Below, piece after piece: positions 12,485 through 24,992 of a stretch of DNA of 64,000 nt. Origin of the DNA: Selaginella moellendorffii (Eukaryota; Plantae; Lycopodiophyta); assembly GCF_000143415.4 (NCBI RefSeq), contig NW_003314303.1, positions 97,579 to 161,578 of the forward strand, in the 5' to 3' direction. Numbering within the stretch: position 1 is the stretch's first letter; each line of letters starts with the position of its first letter. The notes under the pieces were generated by a model, which saw nothing but the letters and a program-made list of their open reading frames with translations, had not been told where the DNA came from and made no database searches. A program made the translations under genes and the position numbers.

Positions 12485-14704
12485 ATGCAGCGAATGGCGC
12501 TGCCGCTGTGGAGCGCTACCGGCAACGCGCGAATGCCACTGGCGCTGCCTGGCGCGCATCTCCTGGCGGATTATGGCTCCTTGCGTGCTCCTGGCCGAGG
12601 TATTTGTGAGGATTGCTCGATTGTTTTGAGAATGCGGCTTGCGCAGCGTCCAGGAGCTTGAGCATCCGGGCGGCAATAGCGCACGACACCTATGAGGAGC
12701 CGAAGAAGTCTTTCGAGGCTCGCGTCAAGGAGGAGGTGTCTATCGATTTGAATCCGCCGCGCGGGACAAGGGATTTCGCCCCGCCGCTGATGCTGCTGAG
12801 GAACTGGCTGTTCTCGCATTTTAAAGAGGTATGTCAAGCTACATGATAGAATGTTTAGTATTTTTTCTTTTTTCTTCTCTCGCGCTTCCAGGTCTCAAGA
12901 TTATTTGGATTTGAGGAGGTGGACTTTCCGGTGGTGGAGTCGGAAGCGCTATACGTCAGAAAAGCTGGAGAAGAGATTACACAGCAGGTATGAAGCGCTA
13001 CATTCTTATCTTTTAGCTTTTCCTTGCGCTCTTTCTGTTGGTTTCAGCTCTATAATTTTGAAGACAAATCTGGCCGCAGACTATGCTTGCGACCAGAAAT
13101 TACGCCGTCGATAGCAAGGCTTATCATCCAAAAGGGGTGTGTATCCAACTCTCTTATTTCTCATCTCGTGTTGCAGTTGTGAGGTTGTTTTGCATGAATA
13201 TAAAGCCGCACGCTGTACTGATATGAATGTATGGAGGCAAGTGTTTGTTCTGCTTTTGTGTTTAGCTAGGATTCAGTTCCTGTGAGATTGATGCATTTGA
13301 CGTCTTCTACAGGAAATCGCTCGTTTTCCCTCTGCGATGGTTTACGATTGGTCAGTGCTGGCGTTATGAGAGAATGACGAAGGGAAGAAGAAGAGAACAT
13401 TATCAATGGAACATGGACATATTTGGGGTGCCTGGCGTTGAGGTAGAAACTTGTTTTGAATGTTGGAGTTACAGATCGTTGTGCCCGCAGGCAGAAGCTG
13501 AACTCCTTGCAGCTATTGTCACATTATTCACTAACATGGGGTTCACCGCAAATGATGTGCGGATACGTGTCTCTAATCGTAAGGTCAGACCCGAGATTTG
13601 TTTTTGTTTTTTATCTGACGATAAACTGACAGGTGCTCCAAGCTGTTTTAGATCGATATTCTGTTCCACAGGACAAATTCAACAGTGTATGTGTAGTTGT
13701 AGATAAGGTAGGGAACTTTTTCTTTCTTTTTATCCCCCTCTTTCCGAGATCTCTGATAGACTTCATGCAGCACTTTTGTGTCTTCTAGATCAACAAGATC
13801 TCCAAAGAGGAAGTCGACCAACAACTCATGGACCTGGGACTCTCTTCCACGGCTATCAATGGAATTAGACATGCTATACTACTTAAAAACCTTGATGATA
13901 TTCAAGGTAAGAAGTTTGTGTTTTGTAAAGTTTTTTACACTTCGTTTTCACTCTTGTTTTTTTTCCGTAACAGAATTAATCGGATCTTCAAGCGAGGCAT
14001 TTTTGGAAATGAAGAAGTTGTTTGCTTTGTCAAAAGCTTATGGCTACGACGAGTGGCTAGTTGTAGATTTGGGAATAGTGCGGGGACTGTCATACTACAC
14101 GGGTATCGTATTTGAGGTCTGTTCCGGTTATATTGTTTTCTCTACCGCTTACACCAACTTTCTAGGCATTTGATACGCAAGGGAAATTTCGTGCAATCTG
14201 TGGTGGTGGTCGATACGATAAGCTTATTTCAAATTTTGGAGGCCCTTCGATACCCGCCTGCGGATTTGGTTTTGGGGATGCAGTTATTGTAGATGTAAGA
14301 TTTGTTCTTGCTAACTTGACAAAGTAAGTTTTTGTTGCTTTCCAGCTTTTAAACGAATGCAATCTATCGCCAGTTCTCGGACACGAGGTTGACGACGTTG
14401 TGTTCGTCTTGGATGAGGAGCTCCGCTGTCATGCGTGCAACATTGTGTCGCGGCTGCGCTCGGCTGGACGTACTGTTGATATGATTTTAGAAAACAAAAA
14501 ACTGAAATGGTATGTTTTCCTGTGTCCTTTCCGGAGTTCTCATGGTTGGTATGCAGGGTATTCAATTATGCATCAAGAATAGATGCAAAACGCATGATTC
14601 TCTTGGGCATAAGAGAGTGGGAAGAGGGAAATGTTCGCGTGAAAGATCTAGTTACGAGAGAGGAGACCGACGTAAAGGTGGCTGAACTGGTAAGAATGTT
14701 CTAA
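12485..14704 (+). CDS. Histidyl-tRNA synthetase, organellar (chloroplast/mitochondrial) type; multi-exon
   Basis: Exons encode [64 protein letters not shown] and an anticodon-binding domain, with a transit-peptide-like N-terminus. Confidence 0.93.
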
Positions 14705-14728
14705 TCCTTGTCGAGGCCTAATACTTCC

Positions 14729-15320
14729 ATGTTGCAGGTGCCAAGAGTTCCCAAAGAGGTTGGTCTATATAGGCCGAAACATCTCAACATTTTTACTCGT
14801 TCTGCAGGTGCAGCGTGGTCAGGGTAAACTCCCTGACAAGGAACGCAATCTTCGTTATTTACATCCCGACGAGGTGAAATTGGTTGATGCCTCTGGAAGA
14901 TATCCGGAAGAGTATGAAGTAGGATTTCCTAGTCGTGGCATTCTGGAGGCTTTTGTGGACGAGTGCAAGCAGAAGCATGCCGAATTCAAATGCAGGCGCC
15001 GGGGAGACCCTGCTCCGGGTAAGTCCCGTCTTCTGAAAATATACGTACTGAAATTTCCTTGTGCAGGGCACCTTAAGTACGTTCTAAGGGAGATGAACCT
15101 TGAAGACGTTGATCTCGAAGATTTGACAATAGATGACGCCATGAATCTGTGGGTGAAAAACTCGGGCGGTATTATTTGGGAGGATGCATATCAGTTGATA
15201 CACGATCATAAGCTCTCAATCTCCCACATACTGGACATGGATGTTTTTAAAGGACAAGGGAAGCTGGCTGCCTTGAAAACAAGACGAGAACCGAACATTC
15301 CCAACTATCTTGACGACTAA
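14729..15320 (+). CDS. Orphan coding exons of unknown function (separate small gene or alternative C-terminal extension of HisRS)
   Basis: Open frame 14760-15320 with GT-AG introns of 48-49 bp at 14759-14807 and 15019-15066, and an in-frame ATG at 14729. Confidence 0.5.
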
Positions 15321-15578
15321 ATACTGTACGTCTTTCATTGTTTCCTGACCCCGTGAAAAGTTGGCTCTTTGCTCTTTCAGAAACAACGGCTGCTGTGAGT
15401 TTACGTGATCTTGTACATTGTAGGCAACGAAATCTGGTAATTGAAGGTTTCTTTGGTGACTTTATCGAGTTTTCATCTACAAACAAGCCTCTCAGGTGCC
15501 TAGCAAGAAAATAGCCAGCCAGCACTTTGCTACAAGCCGGGAAGCTTTGTCAATAATCAACCCTACGACCAACCAGGT

Positions 15579-17749
15579 TCAGCAGCATTTCCAGGCAGAC
15601 GCAGAAGCTAAGACCTTTCCTTGGAAACCGAGCAGCAGGCTTCCGTCGTCCTTGACGAGGTCAAATCCCCTGGTCTTGTTATTACCGGCCTTCTCGAAGT
15701 TGAACAGGCCGAGCGCAAGCTTCTCGCACATGTCACTGAGTCTGGAGCAGCACAGGCCGGCGTGACTCATCCACAGGTTCCATTTCTCCAGCCGCTGGTG
15801 CTCCAAATTTCCAGCGAGCAGCTCTTCGACCTCGGGCTTCCATACCAGCTGTTCAACTTTGTCTGCTTCCTTCAGGGAGCATTCCTCTGAAGCAGCAACA
15901 CACTCTGCCAGTGCCGTGTAGTAGTCCAAGCCTTCTCGGAAACGTTCGATGAACGAAGGCTGTGGCTCCATCTCCTGCTCGACAAGCAACACTATCTTCG
16001 GGTGGGAAGCTCGGATGGAATCCAGTGCCTCGGCAACAGGTACCAACTTGTGAAGTCCGAACACAAAGTTGACGACGAGCACCTCGTGCACCTTAAGGCC
16101 CATGTCGGACAAGCTCAACGGACTTCCTGACCGTGTTAGCACGCCACAGAACTCAAACTCCGCGCATCCGGCATTCTTGGGATGGTCCCGAGCCAGCTCT
16201 CTCAAGCTCTCCAAGGCGAAGTAGAGTGCATGCTGGCGGGTGCTGGTCAGAGTTATTCGAATTTTGATCGGCCTGGGGAGCTTCTGCTCGAGGGTGGAGG
16301 CTACGAAGGATGACCACTGACCCCCGAAGGAAGAGTTCATTGAGGGCGAGTTGGCTGCTTCGGACAGATCGAGGATGTGCACGCATTCCTCGGACTCGAT
16401 GGCCTCGGCGATGGCCTGGTTGGCGATGAAGTGTGCACACTTGAGCAGAGTGGAGGTGTCATACAGGCTCTTGCAAGCAGCAATCCGCTCGACGACCTCC
16501 GTCGCATCCGTCGAAGCGGGAGCTGGAGTGGAACTCCGTGCTTTCCTCTTGGACAGCCTCTCCGCGAGGATATCCCTGAAGAGGAGGCCGATTCGATAAG
16601 CTGGAGGTTGGAGCTTATGGAACTGTTGATTCTGATGGTGCTCCTGTTGTTGCAGGAAAACTTGGTGGTGGTGGTGATCATTGAGCCGCGCCAATATCGA
16701 CTGGGCGAGTTCGTCCTGACCGCTCTCGCAGGCCTCTGCCGCATGCAGCAACAACCTGCTCGGAAACGCTCCGGAATTCGAGCTTAAGACGTGCTGTTGT
16801 AACGGATGCCCCGGTTGGGCATTCGGTGGAGACTGCCTCGCCACCTTGCTCGACGGGTGTTGAAGCTCCTGCTGCTCTCTCTTGAGGCTCGGCGGCAGCG
16901 GCTGCGGCCTCAACAGGACGTGCTCGTCCACGTATGGTATCCGTGAAGCCTGCCGTTTACCAGCTTGTTGCAACTCTCGCTCCTGCTGCTGCTGGAGGAG
17001 TTGCAAAGGGCTGGGACCTGGATTCTCGACAAACAGCCCGGGGTGGAGAGCCCTTGGTGAAGAAGCTCGCATGAAGCTCATGGGAGCTTGTCCGAACAAG
17101 TTGGGCATGTGCTGCTGGTGCTGCTCATCTTGAAGCATTCCAAGTAAGAACGGTTCCCTGTGCTGCTGCTGGTGCTCCAAACCAATCTGAAGATTATGCT
17201 GTTGCTGCTGCTGCTGCCACAAGGGATTCATGCTGCCGCTAAGAGCCAGGGGGTCTTGAAACTGCATGGGATGGGGGTGGTGGAACAGGGGAGCTCCCGA
17301 TGATACCAACGGTAGTGTCCTCCGTGTAAAGCTCTCGAGATGAGCAAGATGCGGGGGAAGCGAGCTGGTTGACGAGGACGAGGAGAGCTGCTGTGGCTGC
17401 TCCTGCTTTACCATCATCATCACCTGCTGCTGCCATGGTGGAGGAGGCGGAATTACGTTCACATCTGCTGCCCCTGCTGCGGCTGCCGCGGAACCGCTGA
17501 AAGGCTCTTCAAACAGCCACCGTATGATGGACGGATCAGGTGCTGGAGCTGCTGGTGGTACTCCAGGTGAAGGGCAACTCCCAAGCAACTCGCTCTCAAG
17601 CTCTTCCAGTTTTTGCTTCTCGGGGAGCAAGTGTTGCTGCTGGTGGAGATGGTGGACAAGCAACTCGTCCTGCTGGGCTCCGACCACGTCTTGGAGCAGC
17701 CACTGATCGCTCCTGCCTTGGTGCTGCTGATGGAGAAGTTCCTGCGGAG

Positions 17750-17791
<42 letters not shown>

Positions 17792-18614
17792 CGTATCCAC
17801 CGTAATTCTCCATCTGGCGAATTCCTTGGCCAGAGTAGAAGAGCGACAGTCCATAACCAGTCGACGCTGCTGCCACGGCCTGCTCCAATTCATCCTGTAG
17901 ATCCGCCGAGGACGACGACTGCGCAAACGAGGAAGATATCTGCTGCTGCTGCCGCTGCTGCTGCTGCTCCTGGTGATGATTCCCTCTGGACTTCACCTTG
18001 GCAGCATCGGTGGTGCTATTGTTGCAATCCGACGAGGAAGAGGAGGAGGCTCCTGCCTTCTTGGTATTGTTCTGGATGGCCGAGGAGGAGGAGGCCGAGC
18101 CGAGCGCGCGAGAATTGTTGGGGCTTGGGCTGCGAAGATCCAGAACGGAAGTTGGCTCTCCGGCGAATCCACCACCGGCGGTAGTGCTGCTAATCACTCC
18201 TGTTGAATCTATCGCTAACAACTGTTGGTTGTGGTTGTAGTGCTGCTGCTGGTGGTGGAAGTGTTCCCGCTCTGGCAGCTGCTGTCCAGTCCTCGCAGCA
18301 GCACCAGTAGCAGTGGCAGTGGCAGTGGCGACTTCCCAGCTGCTGTTGCTGTTGCTGCCGGTGATATTGTTGCTGCTCAGCGCAGCTTTCAAGGACTTGC
18401 TGCTGCTCAAGAACACCGCAGCGTGGCTGTGGCTATGGCTGCTACCGCTGCTGCTGCTACTGGTGGTGGTGGTGGCGGTGGAGCTCAGGAGCCCATTGAG
18501 GCAGATTTGCTCCTCCCGCTGGCACGTCTCGTAGAGCTCCTGCTGCTGCTGCTGCTGCTGGTGAAAGACGGGAAACGACGTTCCATGGTGTTGGCCAGAG
18601 AGCATTCCATACAT
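15579..18614 (-). CDS. HAM: GRAS transcription factor, HAM/SCL6 clade; intronless with a Q-rich N-terminus
   Basis: N-terminal EPTSVLDLRSPSP motif, LLLHAAEA, VHILD, PFYRE-like region, terminal SAW, and a miR171 site. First ATG at 18614. Confidence 0.92.
16678..16698 (-). promoter_or_regulatory. miR171 target site in HAM mRNA
   Basis: Plus strand TCATTGAGCCGCGCCAATATC matches miR171 UGAUUGAGCCGCGCCAAUAUC at 20/21, so the minus-strand mRNA is complementary. It encodes ILARLN. Confidence 0.93.
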
Positions 18615-21600
18615 CTCAAGCGGCAGCAGCGGCGGCTCCTCCAGTTCCAGCTCCTCTTCCAAGGTCGGACTCTCGCCTCCTCCCTCTCCTCCTTTTGGAC
18701 TGTCTCCCTCGCGCGACCATTAATTTTGATCTCTGCAGGAGCACCGAAGGATCAATCCAGATAGATCACGAGAAGAAACAAACACAAAAGTGGAGAAGCG
18801 AAGTTCAATCACTGTGAGAGATTGCCTAGCTGCTAGATGGAAGGGGGATTGGATTGGATTGGATTGGGGGGGGGGGGGGGGGAGAGAGAGAGAGAGAGGA
18901 GGGAAAGCTTTTCTAGCTCGCTTTTCTCGCTTGCTTGTTTGCTCACCTCCTTTTTTGTTCTTCGTGCGCTTGTTTTTGTTGTGGGTGGCCTGCTATACTG
19001 CTGCTCTGCTGCTGCTAGCGCTGCTACTGATGTGGTGTTTGTTCTAGCAAATCATCTGCAGATCCCCGCCCTGTCCGACCGACAACACTCTACGAGGCCG
19101 CCTCGCAATCGGACAAGCACCACTCGGCCTCGCCTCTTTGTTTGTTTGTGCGCCACAATGAATGCTCACGGCCTTGAGCAAGACGAACAAAAGCCTCGAG
19201 AAGGAGAAGAGAAGATGAGAAGAATGCCTGCTTTATCTTATATACAAGAGGCGCGCGCGCGCGCGCGGGGCGATCGCCCACTTAACCAGCAAAGCGCACA
19301 AGCGAGCTCGAGGAGGAAGAAAAAATGAGAGAGAGAGAGACCTAGTAAACAGGGGAGGGAGGAGGAACCCTACAATCATCTCGGTGGGCATTGTACTTTT
19401 GACGTCTTTGACAACGAGGTCAGTGAAAGCTCTCCCTTCCAAAACTGAAGGCTCGTGCTTTCACTTACTATAGCTCCTTCTGAGCAGAGGGTGGCGGCAG
19501 GAGAAACTAATTGGCACTGGTTAACTCTGGAGTTCAATTTAAACTTTTTGAATTTTATTACCTTTTGTGGTAAATTAGAGGGAAAAGTGAACTGCTGCAA
19601 ACACTCTTCCTGCTACATACTAAAAGTGGGCTGGGCCATACCTAATGCAAATAAAAGATATGTATGTGCTCATGTCTTGGCTTTAGAATTATTAGGTTAC
19701 AAAAGTTGTATAGAGGGCAGGTGACCTACCTTTGGCGTCTTGATATTGCTCCATGGTGTTTAAAGAATTATTTTAATTTATTTTTTCAAAGTTTTCCTCA
19801 CTTGTTTTGCTTTGAGTTTCTTTGCTGGGGTGTTTTTTTCTTTGTTGTTTGTTGGGGCCCCCTGCTCCCTTGCAAGCAGTAATAGTACCCTTCAGCAAGC
19901 TCCAATAATTCATAAAGGAGAAAAGGAAAACCCTCAAAATGCCCTGGACTGGATCTTACCTTACACAGCAATTGGATTGGATTGGATGCCTCTCCCCTTG
20001 TTGATTGTGTGTAATGCCCAAACAATGCAACTAGTGTCCTAGTGGTGTCCTGTCAAGATGGTCGAGTCTTCGTACATATGTTATATGAAGTGAAAGATCA
20101 CCATATTATAAACTCCAAAGCTCCCGCAAACAAGCCCTGCATTGGCGTCTGGATATATATTATAATTGTATACTTCCATTCCATGGCCGCAACTTCACGC
20201 ACACACGAAATGAGAAAACTAGAGATTCGCTCCTTGGTTCTTGCTAAACGGGAAGTCCTGGGCACCCTTTCCCCAATTCATCGTCTTGTTGTTCTTTCTT
20301 GTCGTAGATTTCAACTGTACACGGTAGAAAAAGCTCCAGTTTGGACACCCATGACCTCATCATCTATAAACCCAGAAAGTATTTCAGATTTGTAGCTCCA
20401 CAGCAAGCCATGGCAAACAAAACTTTAGCAGCCGTCATCCTTTGGGCGCTTTGGACTTTCTTTCGTTGTCACCCAACCTGAAAGATCTGACTGACGCCTT
20501 AGAAATCGCCATCCCGGGTCCATTTCCTTTGTCCATCCCGTCCGATTTTTCCCTGTATACCGGTGTACACACATGGATGGCGAGCTCATGGAAAAGGTGG
20601 TGGATTTGATCGGTTAACTGTTGATCTCCCACTCAAGAAATGTGTGTGTGTGAGAGTCTGTGTTTTCCGGCCTGTCATCTCACATAGCTAACATAGTGTC
20701 ACAATCGCTGATGCAACTCGCTGTTCTCCCCCACAAGCATGACATGAACATGAAATGAAGCACACTTTTTTGCTGCTGCTGAGAGCACTGCTGCTGCCGC
20801 TGTGCCCCACACAAGCAGCAAGCCCATATCAGTGTGTCGCTTTCTCACAAATGCCGGAGATGGGGGAGGAAAGATTTGAGATTTCTATCCGGAATCATGA
20901 GAACTACTGCCCTTTTGCGACCAAATCGTGTAGGGTTAGCTGGTTTTCTTGTCTATCATGGAGCAAACCACGCTAGCTTACGAGCTCTAAGAGGCGGTGA
21001 TCAAACAAAGACGCTCTCTATCTATTCAACGAATTACACATGCCCCCAATGGTTTGGAGGCGCACGGAAGCGCACAGGTGATGGATCCACTGGCCGTACG
21101 AATCGACGCCATCTTCGCCACCACATGAAAATGGAGGGAACTTTCTTCTTCCTTTCAAATTTTCGAAAAGCTGTGATTATTCGCGGGCATATACCGGTCA
21201 GCGTTGGTGGCCCGTGCTCCCTGGACGTAGAAAAAAGAAAAGCGAAGAGAAACATTAAAAATCAAAATGGTGGCAGGGCAGCCCTCGTGCGTGGCTGCCA
21301 GTGGTCAGTGCAACAAAATAATAATTTCCACTTCTTTTTTATAATAAAAAAGAAAGCCGCGACTTTAGAGCGAAAATGCGGATAGGAAGAAGCACAATTC
21401 TAAAAAGAAGGCCCTGCGAGCTTTTACACCAGTGCTTTATTAGAGACAAGTTCTCTGCGTGGGCGTGGTGTGTGCCGGCCACTCACGAGTCTGTCCTGCC
21501 TGAGTACTACTGGTGCTCTGCTGATTTTAGGGTTCCTCCTTAGAATCCTTCGAATTCCACTTCCAATTCCGGACTCCATGTGGATGGCTGGCCGGGCTGG

Positions 21601-23000
21601 GCTGGCTCTCCACGACATTGGTATAGTATCTCTTTTGCAGTACAAGGCTCCACACCACGTAACAAAGGGGAGCGCACTCACGAAAAAAAAAGGGGCAGAA
21701 GAAAAAAGAAGAGAAGATGAGGGGTTGGGAGATTGGTGGATTGACAGCTCCCTGCCTTTTTATTGTTTCGATCTTTTCTAGGGCTTTGATCATGGCATGC
21801 GCGCTCTGTTTCTAGGGTTCTTGTGCCTGTCTCAACTTTCTTTGGTCTTTGGAGTCGCGGTCGTTGTGGTATTTGGAACTTCTCGCGAGTTGTGGCGTTC
21901 TTCCTTTTGCTTTTCAAACTTTGGAGCGAAAATGCTACATAAAGGGTGATGTTTTCTTTGATAAAGAAAACAATTATTCTAGAAGTTAGTAGACCTTGAA
22001 TGCATAGCTACACTGTACCCTACAGAAAAACCAGCAACAACCTTGTGTGTACGGGCGGTGGACTTTGAAAAGAAAGAAAAGAAAAATTCAACAGGGAGGA
22101 AAGCTTTTCTTTATTAAAAGTTTTACCAACTATCATGACCGGTTTTTGGGTTGATCAACAACTTTAAAAAGATAAAAGTCTTTTGATGATCCATCTCCGG
22201 AGTGAAGTGTGACCGACAGTGAATGAATAGATTGAGAAGCTTCCGGGTCGATACATGCCCTAAAAGCATCGATTCAAAAAAATCGATAACGCATGAGATG
22301 GAAACTGATCAAGCACGACAAGCATTGCAATCCAAACAAAACCAACAAGCAAACAAGCGAGCAATCAATGAAACAAACCAACAAAACGAAGACAGTAGCA
22401 ATATACAAGTTTACAGAGCAATCCAAAAATCGGGGGTCAATCCTAAACCTCTTGAAAAGCACTGCTACCTTTTCTTGCTCAATGTGGTTCTATCCATCCT
22501 GACATACAACAAGCTAGGCAGATTTTTGTGCTCCTTTTGTACATTTTTGCTTCAACAAACGCAGCCTGTGTAGCTATACAGTACTTCCATACTACTTCAT
22601 GTCATAGCGATGTGCTCAACGGTTTCTCAGCTTTTCCAGAAACTATCAAATCCCCTGTGGAGAAAAAGGAGGATAAAAATATACAAAACTCTCTTGAGCT
22701 GATTCCCTTACGTCAAGGTAGGATCCCCAGGATGATGTCACGAAACAAATAGAAGTAGTAGTAGTAGCGATGCTGCTCTCTTCGCCGGCTCGCCACTCAT
22801 AAAGAAGGAAATAAATCGATCCAATCTCTTGTGGGACATGAAAGCCAGATTTTGTTTACAAAAGAAAAGGTGGCAAGCACACGTTGGGATGTGGCCAAAG
22901 ACAAGCGTTATTTTATCCCCGGGTTTGGTTTTTTTGACTTCCACAAACAAGGCAAATGAATGATGAAAGAATTCTCAGTTGTGCGATCGTGGTCGTCACT

Positions 23001-24601
23001 TCAGACCGCCCGGTTGTCGAATCCCACCCATTGCTTCTTCTCGGCATCGAAGAGATTGCACTGCGTTAGGATGGTGGTCATGAGCGGAAACCCAAACACG
23101 GCCTTATTGAGGTGGCGGTCCCAGTTTTGGAGCAACGATGCGTGCCCGGCTCGCAGGTTATAACTTGGAATCTTGGTCGAAAGGTGGTGAGGAATGTGGA
23201 CACTGATGTCGTGACACAGGAAATCAATCCTGTGAAAACCCAGAGTGAGCCCAAAGTTCGGAGGAGATCCCGAGTTTACATACCATCCAGGGTATTCGCA
23301 GTGAACAGTTCCAGCAAGTTGGGCTCCCACGGCGTTCCACTCGCGGTTCTGCTTGAATGGGATGTGTGGAGCCGTGTGGTGGACAAGGGTGAAAGTGCTC
23401 ATCCAGAAGTGGAAGCCCAGCCATGGGAGCAGCCACCACTTGACGAAACCAACGGGCCCTTGGGTCATCAACAGGGGCAGCAAAATCAAAAGCCCAAAAG
23501 CGTAGCAAGCCGCAATGCTCGTCTGAAGAAGGCAAGCATTGTCCGTCAACTTTCTTAAAAAGATGATAGATAGATAATATTACCTTGACTTTGGCATGCT
23601 CCTGGGGGCGGAACTTGTTGAGATCGAAATGCCAGAAGAGCCAGTGTCCGATGGAGGCCATCCACCAGAGAGGACCCATTGTTGCACGCATCATCGCCTG
23701 GCCAATCCTGTCCGCATTGTCAAACTGGTGTGGCCGGAATGGCTGCCATGCCGTGTCCATAATCAGCCTGCACAATCGCAGGGAGAAGAATCACGTTAGC
23801 ATTGAATGCGGGAGAAAAAGCACAGAAAACGATCCAAAGCCTTGAAAGATCCCCAGAGGATCTTGGAAGAAACGCGAGAAGCTTACTTGTTGGTGTGTGC
23901 GTGGTGAGTGTTGTGCTTGATTCTCCACGGCTCGAACGGGAAGACGAGTGGAGTCATGACCGCATTGCCGACGATGTCATTCACGAGCTGAGATTTGGAG
24001 AAGGAGTTATGGCCGCAGTCGTGACCGATGACAAAGAGCCCAGTGGCGGCGGTCCCCAAGAACGCGTAGATGAAAGGGTAGAGATACCACGGAGCTACGG
24101 TCAGGGCTGCGTATCCCGTGGCCAGGGCCGAGATCGTGATCGCCACAGTCTTCCATGCCTTGAAATCATCCACTTCGAACACCTGATCACAATTGCAAAT
24201 AAGCACGAAAGTTTATCATTGATGATCTTTGTTTACCTCCTTTGGGAGCGTCTTGACAACATCGTTCAACACCATGCCGGCAGGAACCTCGGAAGATCAA
24301 ACAAGAAGTGTCATTAGAAACTTTTCTAGCAATCACTTACTGGCTCGCCCATCTGTGTGAATCCCGGAGTCAAGACGACCTCCCTCTCGGCTGCTTGATC
24401 GCTGGCGATTACGCCAGCCGTGATCACATTGAGGCAAAGCCGGAGTCTTGCCTGAAGAACACGCACAATGGATTGGAAATACTAAGGTCAATCTACCTGG
24501 CGACGAGGAAATGGAACCAAGACTCTCGCCGGAATCGCACTGCGTGGCCTGTCGATGCGGATGGAAGCCAGAGCGATGCTGCTGCTACTTGCAGCCGCCA
24601 T
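23001..24601 (-). CDS. FAD6: Chloroplast omega-6 fatty acid desaturase, copy A
   Basis: His boxes HDCGH, HNTHH and HIPHH, the FAD6-typical FHFWMSTFTLVHHTAPHIPF, and a transit peptide. Confidence 0.9.
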
Positions 24602-24992
24602 AGCGGAAAGAAACCCAATGAGCTCGAGCTGCTGAGTTCAAATGCCTAGACACCGCTCTTATATAAAGAGCCCCCTCATGCTTCTGACCCAACAATCTTG
24701 CATGCATGGATTATGGTTCGATAGTTTATCTTGATCAGGGAAGAAGAAAAAAACAAGTGTTGCAAGGTTCGAGCACTCACAAACAGTTGAGTTCTTCAGA
24801 GAAATGTGCTAGTGTCACGGGAGAATTAACACTGTGGATTCATTCCTTAGATTACAACACTTTCTTTTCCTTCCCTGATCAAGATAAACTATCGAGCATG
24901 CAAGATTCGGAAGCGCGAGGGGCTCCCTATATAGAGAGTGCTGTCTATACATTGAAAATCAGCAGCTCGAGCTCATTGGGTTTCCTTCCACT

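Noticed and set aside
15621-18764. Many overlapping and antisense ORFs over the GRAS gene
   Set aside because: They are by-products of CAG/GCT repeats and GC-rich codons, with no independent motifs.
18790-22950. Short ORFs and possible miRNA hairpins between HAM and FAD6
   Set aside because: No recognisable domain or conserved mature miRNA; probably HAM leader, promoter and intergenic DNA.
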